Part shown: in pieces, positions 1 through 9,399 of the stretch | Position numbering within the stretch: the first letter of the stretch is position 1 | Layout of the letters: every line of letters begins with the position of its first letter | From: Carpediemonas membranifera BICM | Taxonomy: Eukaryota > Protista > Fornicata | Reading direction: 5' to 3' | NCBI GenBank assembly: GCA_019828565.1 | Contig: JAHDYR010000007.1 | Coordinates: 506,373 to 570,372, forward strand | DNA length: 64,000 bases | Program-made: the position numbers and the translations under genes | Notes under the pieces: model-generated | Database searches by the model: none | What the model was told of the DNA's origin: nothing | What the model saw: only the letters and a program-made list of their open reading frames with translations

Positions 1-569
1 TCCGCGGCCGACTTGTTGTCGAGCCCGTACGCGATCGCCGCGGCGGTCGGCTCGTTGATGATGCGGAGGACCTCGAGGCCCGCGATCTGGCCGGCGTCCT
101 TCGTGGCCTGGCGCTGCGAGTCGTTGAAGTACGCGGGGACCGTGATGACGGCCTTGCTGACGGGCTTGCCGAGGTAGGCCTCGGCGGTCTCCTTCATCTT
201 CTGCAGGACCATGCCCGAGATCTCCTCGACCTGGAAGGTGCGGGTCTCGCCCTTGTGCTGCACCTGGACGGCCGGCTTGTCGCCCGCGCCCGCGACGACC
301 TTGAACGGCCAGTGGCCCATGTCGGCCCGGACCTCGCGGTCGTTGAAGCGGCGCCCGATGAGGCGCTTCGCGTCGAAGACTGTGTTGGTCGGGTTCATCG
401 CCGTCTGGTTCTTCGCGGCCTCGCCGATGAGGCGCTCGTCCTCGTTGAAGGCGACGTATGAGGGTGTTGTGCGGTTGCCCTGGTCGTTGGCGATGATCTC
501 GACGCGGTCGTTCATGAACACGCCAACGCAGGAGTATGTGGTGCCTAAGTCGATTCCGATAGCAGTCAT
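1..569 (-). CDS. HSP70: Cytosolic HSP70, copy 1 (5' part; runs off the window start)
   Basis: Reverse complement reads [16 protein letters not shown]...; near-identical to the 5' parts of 18221..20140 and 40713..42633. Confidence 0.95.
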   Translation of the reverse strand, partial: MTAIGIDLGTTYSCVGVFMNDRVEIIANDQGNRTTPSYVAFNEDERLIGEAAKNQTAMNPTNTVFDAKRLIGRRFNDREVRADMGHWPFKVVAGAGDKPAVQVQHKGETRTFQVEEISGMVLQKMKETAEAYLGKPVSKAVITVPAYFNDSQRQATKDAGQIAGLEVLRIINEPTAAAIAYGLDNKSAA

Positions 570-778
570 GTGCTTATCTAAGTCTGTGTGAGCGGTGTTG
601 TGGGGAACGCACGTTGTTCACTGTTCTGCCATCCGGGGATCGATGCGATGAGCGGGCACGAAATCGATCTGATGATTGATCTGATGCCACCCCAACCAGA
701 TGTTGCCGATGGGCTCTAGCTCAACGTCCTACGAGCCACCGCCCACCCGCGGGCCGACAGTCAGCTGTCCAATCAAGT

Positions 779-1849
779 TTACTCGGCGGCAGGGTTGACG
801 ATGGCAGCGGTCAGCAGTCGCGTGCCACTCCGGTCGACCAGTGCAAAGGCAAATGGTCTGTCAAACACGAGAGGCTCGCGCTTGTCGTGTAGCACCAAGG
901 CCTCGTCGAGCATCATGGCGGTCACTGCGGCCGCCTCGGTTCCGTCCTCGTCCACTGCCAGGAACATCTTCTGGATAGTCTTTGTCACCTGGAGCATGGG
1001 CCTGTGCTGGAGCGCGGCGAACTCGAAGCTCTCGTATTGACGAGTCAGGCCGAGCTGTCTGAGGAAGTTGTCGGCTTGGAACGACTGGTCGACCCGGAAC
1101 TTCGGAAGTGACAGGTCGACTGCATGAGGTTGGGCGGCTAACTCAGGCTGGCCGGTGGCAAGCTCGGCCAGGGCCTCTCGGAGCCCCGTCTCACCCGGCT
1201 TGTTGGGCAGACTGAAGAGCGCTAGCACATCGGTGGCCGGGGCCTTGTACTCGCCTACAAAGCCAGTGGACGTCTCAGTCCGCCACACAGACACGTGTGC
1301 GTCTTCGTTGCGCATCATATCAACAGTGACACGGTCACCGCTCAGCAAGGTGAATGGCCGCCCCACATTGCGGGTAGGGTCAAATGGAGTCACCCACCGT
1401 GCCTTGAAGTACAGGGTCGAGACTAGTGCGGCTGCGGTGTCGGGGTCCAGCTGTGTCAGGATCTGGGCGATCGCACCGTTCGTGTGGGCGGCACACCACT
1501 GGTTGATCGCGTCCACTGAGGTGAGCTGCTGGACTGTCGCGTCAAGGAAGCGGTGCTGTAGGGCTTCAATGACGGGGTCGCGGTCGCTGAAGTCTCGGAT
1601 GAATGACGTCGCGGCCGTGTGGACGCCAGATGCATTGAGACTGTCGAGCACAGCTCTGAAGGCTTTAAGAGAAACGCTGTCAATACTGAGTGCGTTGCTC
1701 AGGCTGCTATTGACGGGGGAGCTCTCATCTACTGACGTGAAGAGCAGGAGGAGCGTGTACAGCAACGAAAAGCCGCTCACACATGTTGATGCATCAGTTC
1801 TGAATGCGTATTGGCTCAGTTTGTTCTGTAGTTGATTGGCGGCATCCAT
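779..1849 (-). CDS. Serpin (serine protease inhibitor)
   Basis: LYFKARW, LPKF, inhibitory-type hinge EDGTEAAAVT, C-terminal FDRPFAF...IVNP. Confidence 0.92.
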   Translation of the reverse strand: MDAANQLQNKLSQYAFRTDASTCVSGFSLLYTLLLLFTSVDESSPVNSSLSNALSIDSVSLKAFRAVLDSLNASGVHTAATSFIRDFSDRDPVIEALQHRFLDATVQQLTSVDAINQWCAAHTNGAIAQILTQLDPDTAAALVSTLYFKARWVTPFDPTRNVGRPFTLLSGDRVTVDMMRNEDAHVSVWRTETSTGFVGEYKAPATDVLALFSLPNKPGETGLREALAELATGQPELAAQPHAVDLSLPKFRVDQSFQADNFLRQLGLTRQYESFEFAALQHRPMLQVTKTIQKMFLAVDEDGTEAAAVTAMMLDEALVLHDKREPLVFDRPFAFALVDRSGTRLLTAAIVNPAAE

Positions 1850-2055
1850 CGGTTGTCGTTGTCAACAAAGCTTCGTCATCACAACGTCACTGACAGACCT
1901 GATCTCGACCAGCATACTGTAGCAGACATTCTCGACTCAGTCCACCACACTGGACTACCGTCGGTCTTCATGTCGTCAGAGATTGGTAGGGCTGGGTGAC
2001 CAGGCCAAGTCAGTTTGCCACCAACTAAAACGTGAGTCCACCCCCAACTTGCGCC

Positions 2056-3345
2056 ATGGATGTGGAGGGGGAATCATGTCCCAAATCTCCGGGCTGGTCA
2101 AATCTGGCAATATCCAATATGGGACAGGAAGCAAAGTTCTCGATCTTGCCGCTCGCTATCGTCCTCATCTTTGGCACGGCAGGATCTATCTTTTTGAAGG
2201 CTGTCTTCCCCTTCGTGATCATGCGAATGGACACGCGGGGAGTCGCGTTTGGCAGCGTTTCCAGTGGCTTCATGCTTGGAAAGGTGATTGGATCGCCAAT
2301 AATCGGTGTAGTTGCTGATCGCTTCGACAAGCGTTATATTATTGCTATTTGTCAGCTCGGCTGTGTCATTGGCCTCTTCCTGACGGCGAATGCCAAGACA
2401 ATTGGACAGCTCGTCGCCGCCCGCACCGTTGGCGGTTTCTTCGCAGCCACCGTTACTATCGTATATGCCCTGGCGGCCTCGAAAACGGAGTCGTCGCAGC
2501 GTTCGAAGGTCATGGTCCGTCTCACCGCGGCCCTCACGACGACAATCATGGTCGGCGGGTACCTTGGGCATGTTCTCGTCAAGTACATCGGGTTCGAGCA
2601 CACTGTATTCGTCGGCGCCGCCAGTTCCGGTGTCGCGATCCTGGCGGCCCTCTTCCTCGTGCAGCCCTCACCCCCGTCGAAGGCAGACGCACAAACAGCC
2701 GGAGAAGACGAAGAAAGCAAGGGGCGTGGCCGCAGTATCTTCAGAAGACAGGTCGTCGTGATCCTGGTCCAGAACGCCCTGTTCATGGTCCTACAGGGCA
2801 GCGTCGGGCAACTGTTGCCCCTCCTCGCAAGGTCAGGCTCGCTCAACGTTGACGACCCTCAGGAGCTGAGCGCCACGGGCATCCTGGCCGGCGGGGTGGG
2901 GAAGATGGCGCTACAGTTCTCTCCTCTGATCGGCCTGGCATACTCGAAGTTCTCGGAGCCCCGCGTCATCGCGATGAGCTTCCTGTGCTTCGCCGTGGTC
3001 TTCACTGTGCTTCCATCTGCCCGCACCGGCCCTGCCTTCCTCACGCTCACGGTGGCCGAGGCGCTGTGCTCTGCCTTCATCCAGCCCGCCACGAACTCCC
3101 TCCTTTCCCGGTGCGTGGACAAGGGGTCCCAGGCGGCCATAGCTGGTGTGAACTCGTCGCTACAGGCCCTCGCTGGTGTGGTTACGCCCCTAGCACTGGG
3201 CCAGATGTTCGACGTGTTCGGGATGAGGACGAGCGGGATAGCCGCTGCAGTGGCCGCCGTGGCGTGCGCGTTGTTCGTGTGGCTGTTTGTACCATGTAGG
3301 CCGTGCCAGGAGGCAAGGAATGAGAAGAAGAATAAAGCTCTGTGA
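2056..3345 (+). CDS. MFS transporter (DHA1/TetA-like); start may be ATG 2056 or 2119
   Basis: About 12 hydrophobic segments; motif A GVVADRFDKR; ARTVGG. Confidence 0.88.
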   Translation: MDVEGESCPKSPGWSNLAISNMGQEAKFSILPLAIVLIFGTAGSIFLKAVFPFVIMRMDTRGVAFGSVSSGFMLGKVIGSPIIGVVADRFDKRYIIAICQLGCVIGLFLTANAKTIGQLVAARTVGGFFAATVTIVYALAASKTESSQRSKVMVRLTAALTTTIMVGGYLGHVLVKYIGFEHTVFVGAASSGVAILAALFLVQPSPPSKADAQTAGEDEESKGRGRSIFRRQVVVILVQNALFMVLQGSVGQLLPLLARSGSLNVDDPQELSATGILAGGVGKMALQFSPLIGLAYSKFSEPRVIAMSFLCFAVVFTVLPSARTGPAFLTLTVAEALCSAFIQPATNSLLSRCVDKGSQAAIAGVNSSLQALAGVVTPLALGQMFDVFGMRTSGIAAAVAAVACALFVWLFVPCRPCQEARNEKKNKAL

Positions 3346-3696
3346 GTTCTCCTGTGCGAGGGGGTCGGCCTGACGACCTCGCACCGCTGAGGACAAGGAA
3401 TCAGCCGTCCTACAATAGGTATTGGACCCAGGACCTGCCGTCGTTGAGGGCATACGAGAGCTGAATGCTTCTCTGTCACGATGAACTGCGCTCAAAGTCG
3501 ATAAGGAACACCTTCCGAAATTCATCGACATGACTGAGCGACGATGCAGAAAGTTCGTCCCACGCCTCTCATTTATACAGCTGGTACGTTATTTGGCCAT
3601 TTGATGCATCGATGCAGCCCGCGGCGAGTTCAAGAGCGCTAACACAGTGGATCTGAGCAATGGTGCGTCCTCTCCGAACATCTCACGCAGCAGCGA

Positions 3697-6600
3697 GTGC
3701 AGAGCAGTGGACGACATGATCAGAGACGCCACAACGCGCGTATTCGCCGCAGAGGACAGACTCCACCTCAAGCCCTCACCGCTACAGACCTCGCCCGCGT
3801 CCTCGACAACCTCTCGACGCGGCCCAGAGGGTTCCACATGAGGCTGACTGATCCCAATCTCACTGTCACGATCAAGCTGGGCAAGCTGACTTCCGTCAAG
3901 CCAGATAGCGTGGTCGACGGTCTGCTCGCTGCCTGGAATGCGAGGATGACTGAGTGCATCCAGACGATAGAGGGTGATGACATTGACGTGTTCAGCGTCG
4001 CCTTTCTCCCTGACGGCACCATGGTCACTGGGTCACGGGATGGGACGATCAAGCTGTGGGACAAGCACGGCGTGTGCACGACGACGATGAAGCATGGTGG
4101 GCGTGTTTGGTGTATCGCCGTCTCCCCAGGCGGGTCGGCCATCGCCTCGGGCGGGAGTGACCACAAAATCAAGCTGTGGGGCCAGACCGGCAGACTCGTC
4201 AAGACGCTCAAGGGGCACACCGGCGATGTGAGCAGCCTTGCCTTCTCTCCAGACAGACAGACCCTAATATCCGGATCCTGGGACAAGACAGTAAGAGTGT
4301 GGAACGTCGCCACCGGCAAGTGCAGGACGATGGAGGGCCACACTGACCAGGTGCGCTCCGTCGCCATCTCCCCAGAATGCAAGACCATCGTTTCTGGGGG
4401 CGATGACGGTATGATCAAGGTGTGGGACGCTGAGTCGGGCAGACTCGAGCAGACTCTGGAGGACCACATGAATTCTGTCGCAGCCGTCGCCATCTCCCCG
4501 GATGGCGCTCTGCTGGCCTCCGGATCATGGGATAACACCATCAGGCTATGGGACACCAGGACCTGGGAGTGCATCGCCGTCCTCAAGGGGCACACGAATG
4601 TTACCTGTTGTGTCGCCTTCTCGCACGACGGCAGGACCCTCGCCTCTGGGTCTTGGGACAACTCTGCCAAGCTATGGAGCATCGGCAGCGGCGAGTGTCT
4701 CGAGACGCTCAAAGGTCACACCAACTGGGTGAACAGCGTCGCCTTCTCCCCAGACGGGTCGACCCTGCTCTCTGGGTCTTGGGACAACACCGCCAAGCAG
4801 TGGTCCCTCGGTCGCTCTCCCGAGCTCACCGCCCTCGCCCAGACCCTCGCTCAGCCTATCCCGGCCGCGACCATCGTCCGCCTCGAGGGCACCGTCGCCG
4901 ACCTCGCCCGCGTCCTCGACCACCTCTCGACATTGGACGCGCAACCAAGAGAGTTCAGCATGAGGCTGACTGAGCCCGACCTCACTGTCACGATGAGGTG
5001 TTGCAAGCTGACTTCCGACAAACCCGGCAGCGCCGTCGATGCCCTGCTCGCTGCCTGGAATGTGAAGAAGACTGAGTGCATCCAGACGATGGAGGATCAC
5101 ACGGAAGGTGTGATGAGCGTAGCATTCCTCCCTGACGGCACCATGGTCACTGGGTCACGGGATGGGACGATAATGCTGTGGGACAAGCACGGCGTGTGCA
5201 CGACGACGATGAAGCATGTTGGGCGTGTGCGGTGCATCGCTGTCTCCCCAGGTGGGTCGGCCATCGCCTCGGGCGGGAGTGACCACAAGATCATGCTGTG
5301 GGACCAGACCGGCAGACTCGTCAAGACGCTCAAGGGCCACACGAGGGATGTGACAAGCCTCGCCTTCTCCCCAGACAGACAGACCCTAATATCCGGATCC
5401 TGGGACAAGACAGTCAGGACTTGGAATGTCGCCACCGGCAAGTGTAGGCGCAAGACTATCGTCACTGGATCTGGCGATAAGACGATCAAGGTGTGGGACG
5501 CTGTTTCGGGCAGGCTCGAGCGGACGCTTGAGGGTCACACGAATTCTGTCGTCGCCGTCGCAATTTCCGCGAACGGCGCTCTGCTGGCCTCTGGGTCTGG
5601 CGACAACACTATCAGACTCTGGGACACCAGGACCTGGGATAGCGTCGCCGTCCTCAGGGGGCACGTCAGTTTTGTTTACAGCGTCGCCTTCTCCCCTGAT
5701 GGAAGGACCCTCGCCTCTGGGTCTGGTGACAAAAACATCAAGCTATGGAGCATCTTCAGCGGCGAGTGCTTCAAGACGCTCAGGGGCCATGCTTTTTGTG
5801 TCCACAGCGTCGCATTCTCCCCAGACGGGTCGACCCTGCTCTCTGGATCAAAGGACAAGACAGCCAAGCTGTGGCATATCGAGCACGCGTCCGAGACGAT
5901 TGCAGTCTGCGGCCAACCCACACTCGGTGCCGACATCCGCCTGCCGTCCAACGACTCGACCCTGAAGCTCGTCGACCTGGCACGGGTCGCCATCCGAATC
6001 CTCGCCACGGGCCTGCCCCGCTCCTTCGAGATGAGGCTGGCCCACCCCCCTGTCTCTGTGAGCATGGACCATGCTGGTCTCTTCCTTGCTGCCCCTGCAT
6101 GCCCGGAGGTCTGCGGCCTGCTCGCCCTGCTCAACCAGGGTCGCCTCAACGAACTGATGGTCCAGGTCTGTGCTGACGCCGGGATCGCCCTGTCTGCCGC
6201 GTCTACCGCCGTTATGGACCCGAACGGCTTCATCTCAATCTCGCCCGCCGACGATTTGATCGTTTCTGCGCTGATGCCGCTCAACCACGCTCGACGTGAC
6301 GCTGCAGTTGCTGGGGTCTGCGCCCAAACGGTCACGCCCAAGACAGCGATCAGCGTCTCCAACGCCGACCTCCACACACTGGAGAAGCTGCTTGGCCATG
6401 TCGAGTCCTCTGGTGCCGCACCCCACTCATTCAAGGTCCACCTCGACGATCCCGCCACCACCGTCACCCTCGGCCCGACTGGCTTCGAGGTCTCACCGCC
6501 GAACCAGGCCGTGGCCGAGGTGCTCAGCGGCTTCAGCTTCCTGACCGCCCACCTCGACATCATCTCGACTGATGATGTAATCCGCCTGGGCGAGCACGCA

Positions 6601-8859
6601 CCGCTCACGATTGGCGACCTGAAGACCGTAATCGGCCTCTTGCTGCAGCGGGAGACCTTGCCCTCCTCCTTCGCAATGAGGCTGACCCACCCCGCGACAA
6701 CAGTTTCACTTGGACCTACCGGGTTCACGGCGACGGGCGCAAGCGAGGAGGTCAACGCTGTCATCGAGCAGGCCAATCTTTGCTCCGCGGTTCAGATGAT
6801 GGCCAACGGACACAATGCATCGGTTGCTCTCGGCGCAGCAGAAGAAGCGCTGTACGTGACTGCGGATCTGAGCGACACCAAGCGCCTGCTGGCCGCCGCC
6901 GGCCCGCACGCGCTTCAACACGAGGCGCGAGTGGTGACGATGAGGACCGACCTCTCCCGCCTCCAGCCCGTGCAGGCGCTCGCCAAGAACCCGATGCTCG
7001 CGCTCAGGGGCCGCGTCAAGGAGGCGCTGGAGAGGAGCGATGAGCTCCACGCGCTCATCATCATCGGTGACGTCAACAGGATGCGCTCGAAGACGCTGCT
7101 CAAAGACAAGCTGGTCGGCCCCGTCATCCTCAACTGCCTCGACCGGAAGGCCCGCTCGCCGCTGCACAGCGCGTTCGTGCACGACCAGCCGCAGGCATTC
7201 GCGGCGCTGCTCAAGGCCGGCTGTCTGCTCGATGACGGCTTCCTGGACGGCCACCCGCTGCTGGCCGCCGTCGCCAAGCCACCGATGCTGACCGCGATGC
7301 TGGCCGCGAGGGTTGACATCGACACCGTCAGCCGGAACACGACTGCGCTCGTGGTCGCCATCCAAGGCAGCCACTGGGACTCCGCCACAAAGCTGCTTGC
7401 CCGAGGCGCCGACCCCCTCCTCCCGCCGGTCGGGGTCAACGCGCTGCAGGCCGTCAAGGGTGTGGCCGACCCGCTCATGGGCGGCGTGATCCGGGCCGCC
7501 ATCAACGACGTCCTGGTGAAGCAGCTCAGTGAGGCAATCACGCAGGGAAGTACAGCTGCCATAAAGCGGCTGCTCACGGCCGGCGTGTCTGCAAACGGCG
7601 TGGAGGGCAAGATGCCGCCGCTTTTCACTGCCGTTAAGGCGGGCAACTTCGACATTGTCAGCCTGCTGCTGAAGCACGGCGTCGACCGGGACGCGACGTA
7701 CAAGGGCAAGACGGCTGCGCAGACAGTCAAGAAGGGCAGCAACCTGCAGTATCTCCTGATCCAGGACCAGACGCCCGAGCCGCTCGTACAGCCCGACCTC
7801 AACACGGACATCACGAAGCCGGCTGGCAGCATCGCGTTCAGCCAGGCCGATCTCATTGGCGATGGCGGTATGGCGAGCGTCTTCCGCGGTACATACGGGG
7901 GTGCCGAGTGCGCCGTCAAAACCGTCGTGCGGGCCGACCTGAACGCGATGCAGGCCAGTCGGCTGCAGAATGAGATCTTCATCCACAAGCAACTGCGTCA
8001 TACCAACGTCATCGGGCTCTACGCGCTCGAACAAGAGGGCCAGGAGATCCGGCTCGCGCTCGAGCTCGCGTCGGGGTCGCTCTCGGCGCTACTGCTCTCG
8101 AAGGCCGACCTGCCCTGGGACGCGCGGCTGCAGTTCGCGCGCGACATCGCGGCGGCCATGGCGTTCATCGCGGGCGAGGGCTACGAGCACAGGGACCTCA
8201 AGTCGCTCAACGTCCTCGTCGCGAACAACAAGGCCAAGATCAGCGACTTCGGGCTGACCGCGCGGCTCGACCAGCGCGTGGCGGACGTCGAGGGCTCGTG
8301 GCCCTGGATGGCGCCCGAGCGCTTCGACGGCGTGGGCGGCGAGAAGGCCGACGTCTTCGCCTTCGGCATCACGCTCTGGGAGATCGCCGCGCGCGACATC
8401 CCGTACCGCCAGGAGCGCCTCGGGCTCGACGCCATCCGCGCGCACGTGCGGGCTGGATACCGGCCGATGATCCCCGCGGGCACGCCGGCGGCCGTGGGCG
8501 AGCTGATCCGCCGCTGCGTGGCGCCCGACCCGCGCGACCGCCCCACCTTCGCGGAGGTCGTCGCCGGGCTGCCCGACAACGCCTCGACGGAGATGTACGC
8601 GGAGAGCGCCGTGCGCAACCACGAGGTCGACACGTTCGCGAACGCCAGCGCCCCCGGCATGATGACGTTTGGCGAGGGCCAGCCCGCGATCATCGGTACC
8701 GTCGGGCAGACGCTTGGTCACGCCAGCGCGCCCTGGATGACGCTATCCGAAGATGAGAGAGCAGCCGCACTCGCCACGATGGGCACGATCGCCACGACAT
8801 ACCGCACGAACGCACCCAGCGCCCCGGGCCTGCGCACGCTAGGCGACATGTACAGGTAG
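3697..8859 (+). CDS. WD40-repeat / novel-repeat / ankyrin / TKL protein kinase; 5' end uncertain (first in-frame ATG 3838)
   Basis: Two WD40 propeller blocks (GH...SGSWD..IRLWD), ankyrin-like repeats, kinase motifs GDGGMASV, AVK, HRDLKSLN, DFG, WMAPE. Confidence 0.9.
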   Translation: MQSSGRHDQRRHNARIRRRGQTPPQALTATDLARVLDNLSTRPRGFHMRLTDPNLTVTIKLGKLTSVKPDSVVDGLLAAWNARMTECIQTIEGDDIDVFSVAFLPDGTMVTGSRDGTIKLWDKHGVCTTTMKHGGRVWCIAVSPGGSAIASGGSDHKIKLWGQTGRLVKTLKGHTGDVSSLAFSPDRQTLISGSWDKTVRVWNVATGKCRTMEGHTDQVRSVAISPECKTIVSGGDDGMIKVWDAESGRLEQTLEDHMNSVAAVAISPDGALLASGSWDNTIRLWDTRTWECIAVLKGHTNVTCCVAFSHDGRTLASGSWDNSAKLWSIGSGECLETLKGHTNWVNSVAFSPDGSTLLSGSWDNTAKQWSLGRSPELTALAQTLAQPIPAATIVRLEGTVADLARVLDHLSTLDAQPREFSMRLTEPDLTVTMRCCKLTSDKPGSAVDALLAAWNVKKTECIQTMEDHTEGVMSVAFLPDGTMVTGSRDGTIMLWDKHGVCTTTMKHVGRVRCIAVSPGGSAIASGGSDHKIMLWDQTGRLVKTLKGHTRDVTSLAFSPDRQTLISGSWDKTVRTWNVATGKCRRKTIVTGSGDKTIKVWDAVSGRLERTLEGHTNSVVAVAISANGALLASGSGDNTIRLWDTRTWDSVAVLRGHVSFVYSVAFSPDGRTLASGSGDKNIKLWSIFSGECFKTLRGHAFCVHSVAFSPDGSTLLSGSKDKTAKLWHIEHASETIAVCGQPTLGADIRLPSNDSTLKLVDLARVAIRILATGLPRSFEMRLAHPPVSVSMDHAGLFLAAPACPEVCGLLALLNQGRLNELMVQVCADAGIALSAASTAVMDPNGFISISPADDLIVSALMPLNHARRDAAVAGVCAQTVTPKTAISVSNADLHTLEKLLGHVESSGAAPHSFKVHLDDPATTVTLGPTGFEVSPPNQAVAEVLSGFSFLTAHLDIISTDDVIRLGEHAPLTIGDLKTVIGLLLQRETLPSSFAMRLTHPATTVSLGPTGFTATGASEEVNAVIEQANLCSAVQMMANGHNASVALGAAEEALYVTADLSDTKRLLAAAGPHALQHEARVVTMRTDLSRLQPVQALAKNPMLALRGRVKEALERSDELHALIIIGDVNRMRSKTLLKDKLVGPVILNCLDRKARSPLHSAFVHDQPQAFAALLKAGCLLDDGFLDGHPLLAAVAKPPMLTAMLAARVDIDTVSRNTTALVVAIQGSHWDSATKLLARGADPLLPPVGVNALQAVKGVADPLMGGVIRAAINDVLVKQLSEAITQGSTAAIKRLLTAGVSANGVEGKMPPLFTAVKAGNFDIVSLLLKHGVDRDATYKGKTAAQTVKKGSNLQYLLIQDQTPEPLVQPDLNTDITKPAGSIAFSQADLIGDGGMASVFRGTYGGAECAVKTVVRADLNAMQASRLQNEIFIHKQLRHTNVIGLYALEQEGQEIRLALELASGSLSALLLSKADLPWDARLQFARDIAAAMAFIAGEGYEHRDLKSLNVLVANNKAKISDFGLTARLDQRVADVEGSWPWMAPERFDGVGGEKADVFAFGITLWEIAARDIPYRQERLGLDAIRAHVRAGYRPMIPAGTPAAVGELIRRCVAPDPRDRPTFAEVVAGLPDNASTEMYAESAVRNHEVDTFANASAPGMMTFGEGQPAIIGTVGQTLGHASAPWMTLSEDERAAALATMGTIATTYRTNAPSAPGLRTLGDMYR
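3787..5875 (+). repeat. Internal ~1 kb tandem duplication (about 3787-4803 and 4899-5875)
   Basis: Long near-identical nucleotide stretches; second copy has an in-frame deletion near 5448 (GKCR-RKTIV vs GKCRTMEGH...ECKTIV). Confidence 0.85.
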
Positions 8860-9010
8860 TGATTGATCGGCTCAGAATACGCACTTGCCCCGCCAGTCCT
8901 CGTATGTATGATCATCGACGCACACGTTGGTTGGGCCAGACAATCTAATCAAATGATTAACGATAAACTGCACTCAAACAACATTTTCCGTACGCGAAGC
9001 GTAGACAGCA

Positions 9011-9256
9011 ATGAGCACTGACAGCAAGGATATCAGCCGTAGAATGTGGCAGCGTGTGAACCCCGGTTACACGGAGGATCCCGATCACTTCAGGACTGTT
9101 TCTTCCGAATCCCATCGCGCTTTTGACGCAGAAGAGATGGATCATGTCGATAAGTTGCACCACCGCAAGCGCGATGAGTTCAGCGTCTATGCTGAGTGTG
9201 TAGCAGCAATGACGGCGCACCATGACACGCCCAAGGCGCCTGCAGCAGGCAAGTAG
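9011..9256 (+). CDS. Small hypothetical protein (81 aa)
   Basis: ATG-initiated ORF filling an intergenic gap; no recognised domain. Confidence 0.5.
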   Translation: MSTDSKDISRRMWQRVNPGYTEDPDHFRTVSSESHRAFDAEEMDHVDKLHHRKRDEFSVYAECVAAMTAHHDTPKAPAAGK

Positions 9257-9399
9257 GCGTTATACCCTGGCCAAACCCATAGTAAACAGTCGTCAGACAG
9301 CTAAATGGCGTTTATTCGTCATCTATTGCATCAGTAGTCAAGTAATATGGCTGTTATCGTTGCTATATACCATGGCTAGTCTCACATAAACCGGGTCGA

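Noticed and set aside
9011-9256. NPGY in this small ORF as the missing dynein AAA1 piece
   Set aside because: The context (RVNPGYTEDPD) does not match FITMNPGYAGR; no other dynein similarity
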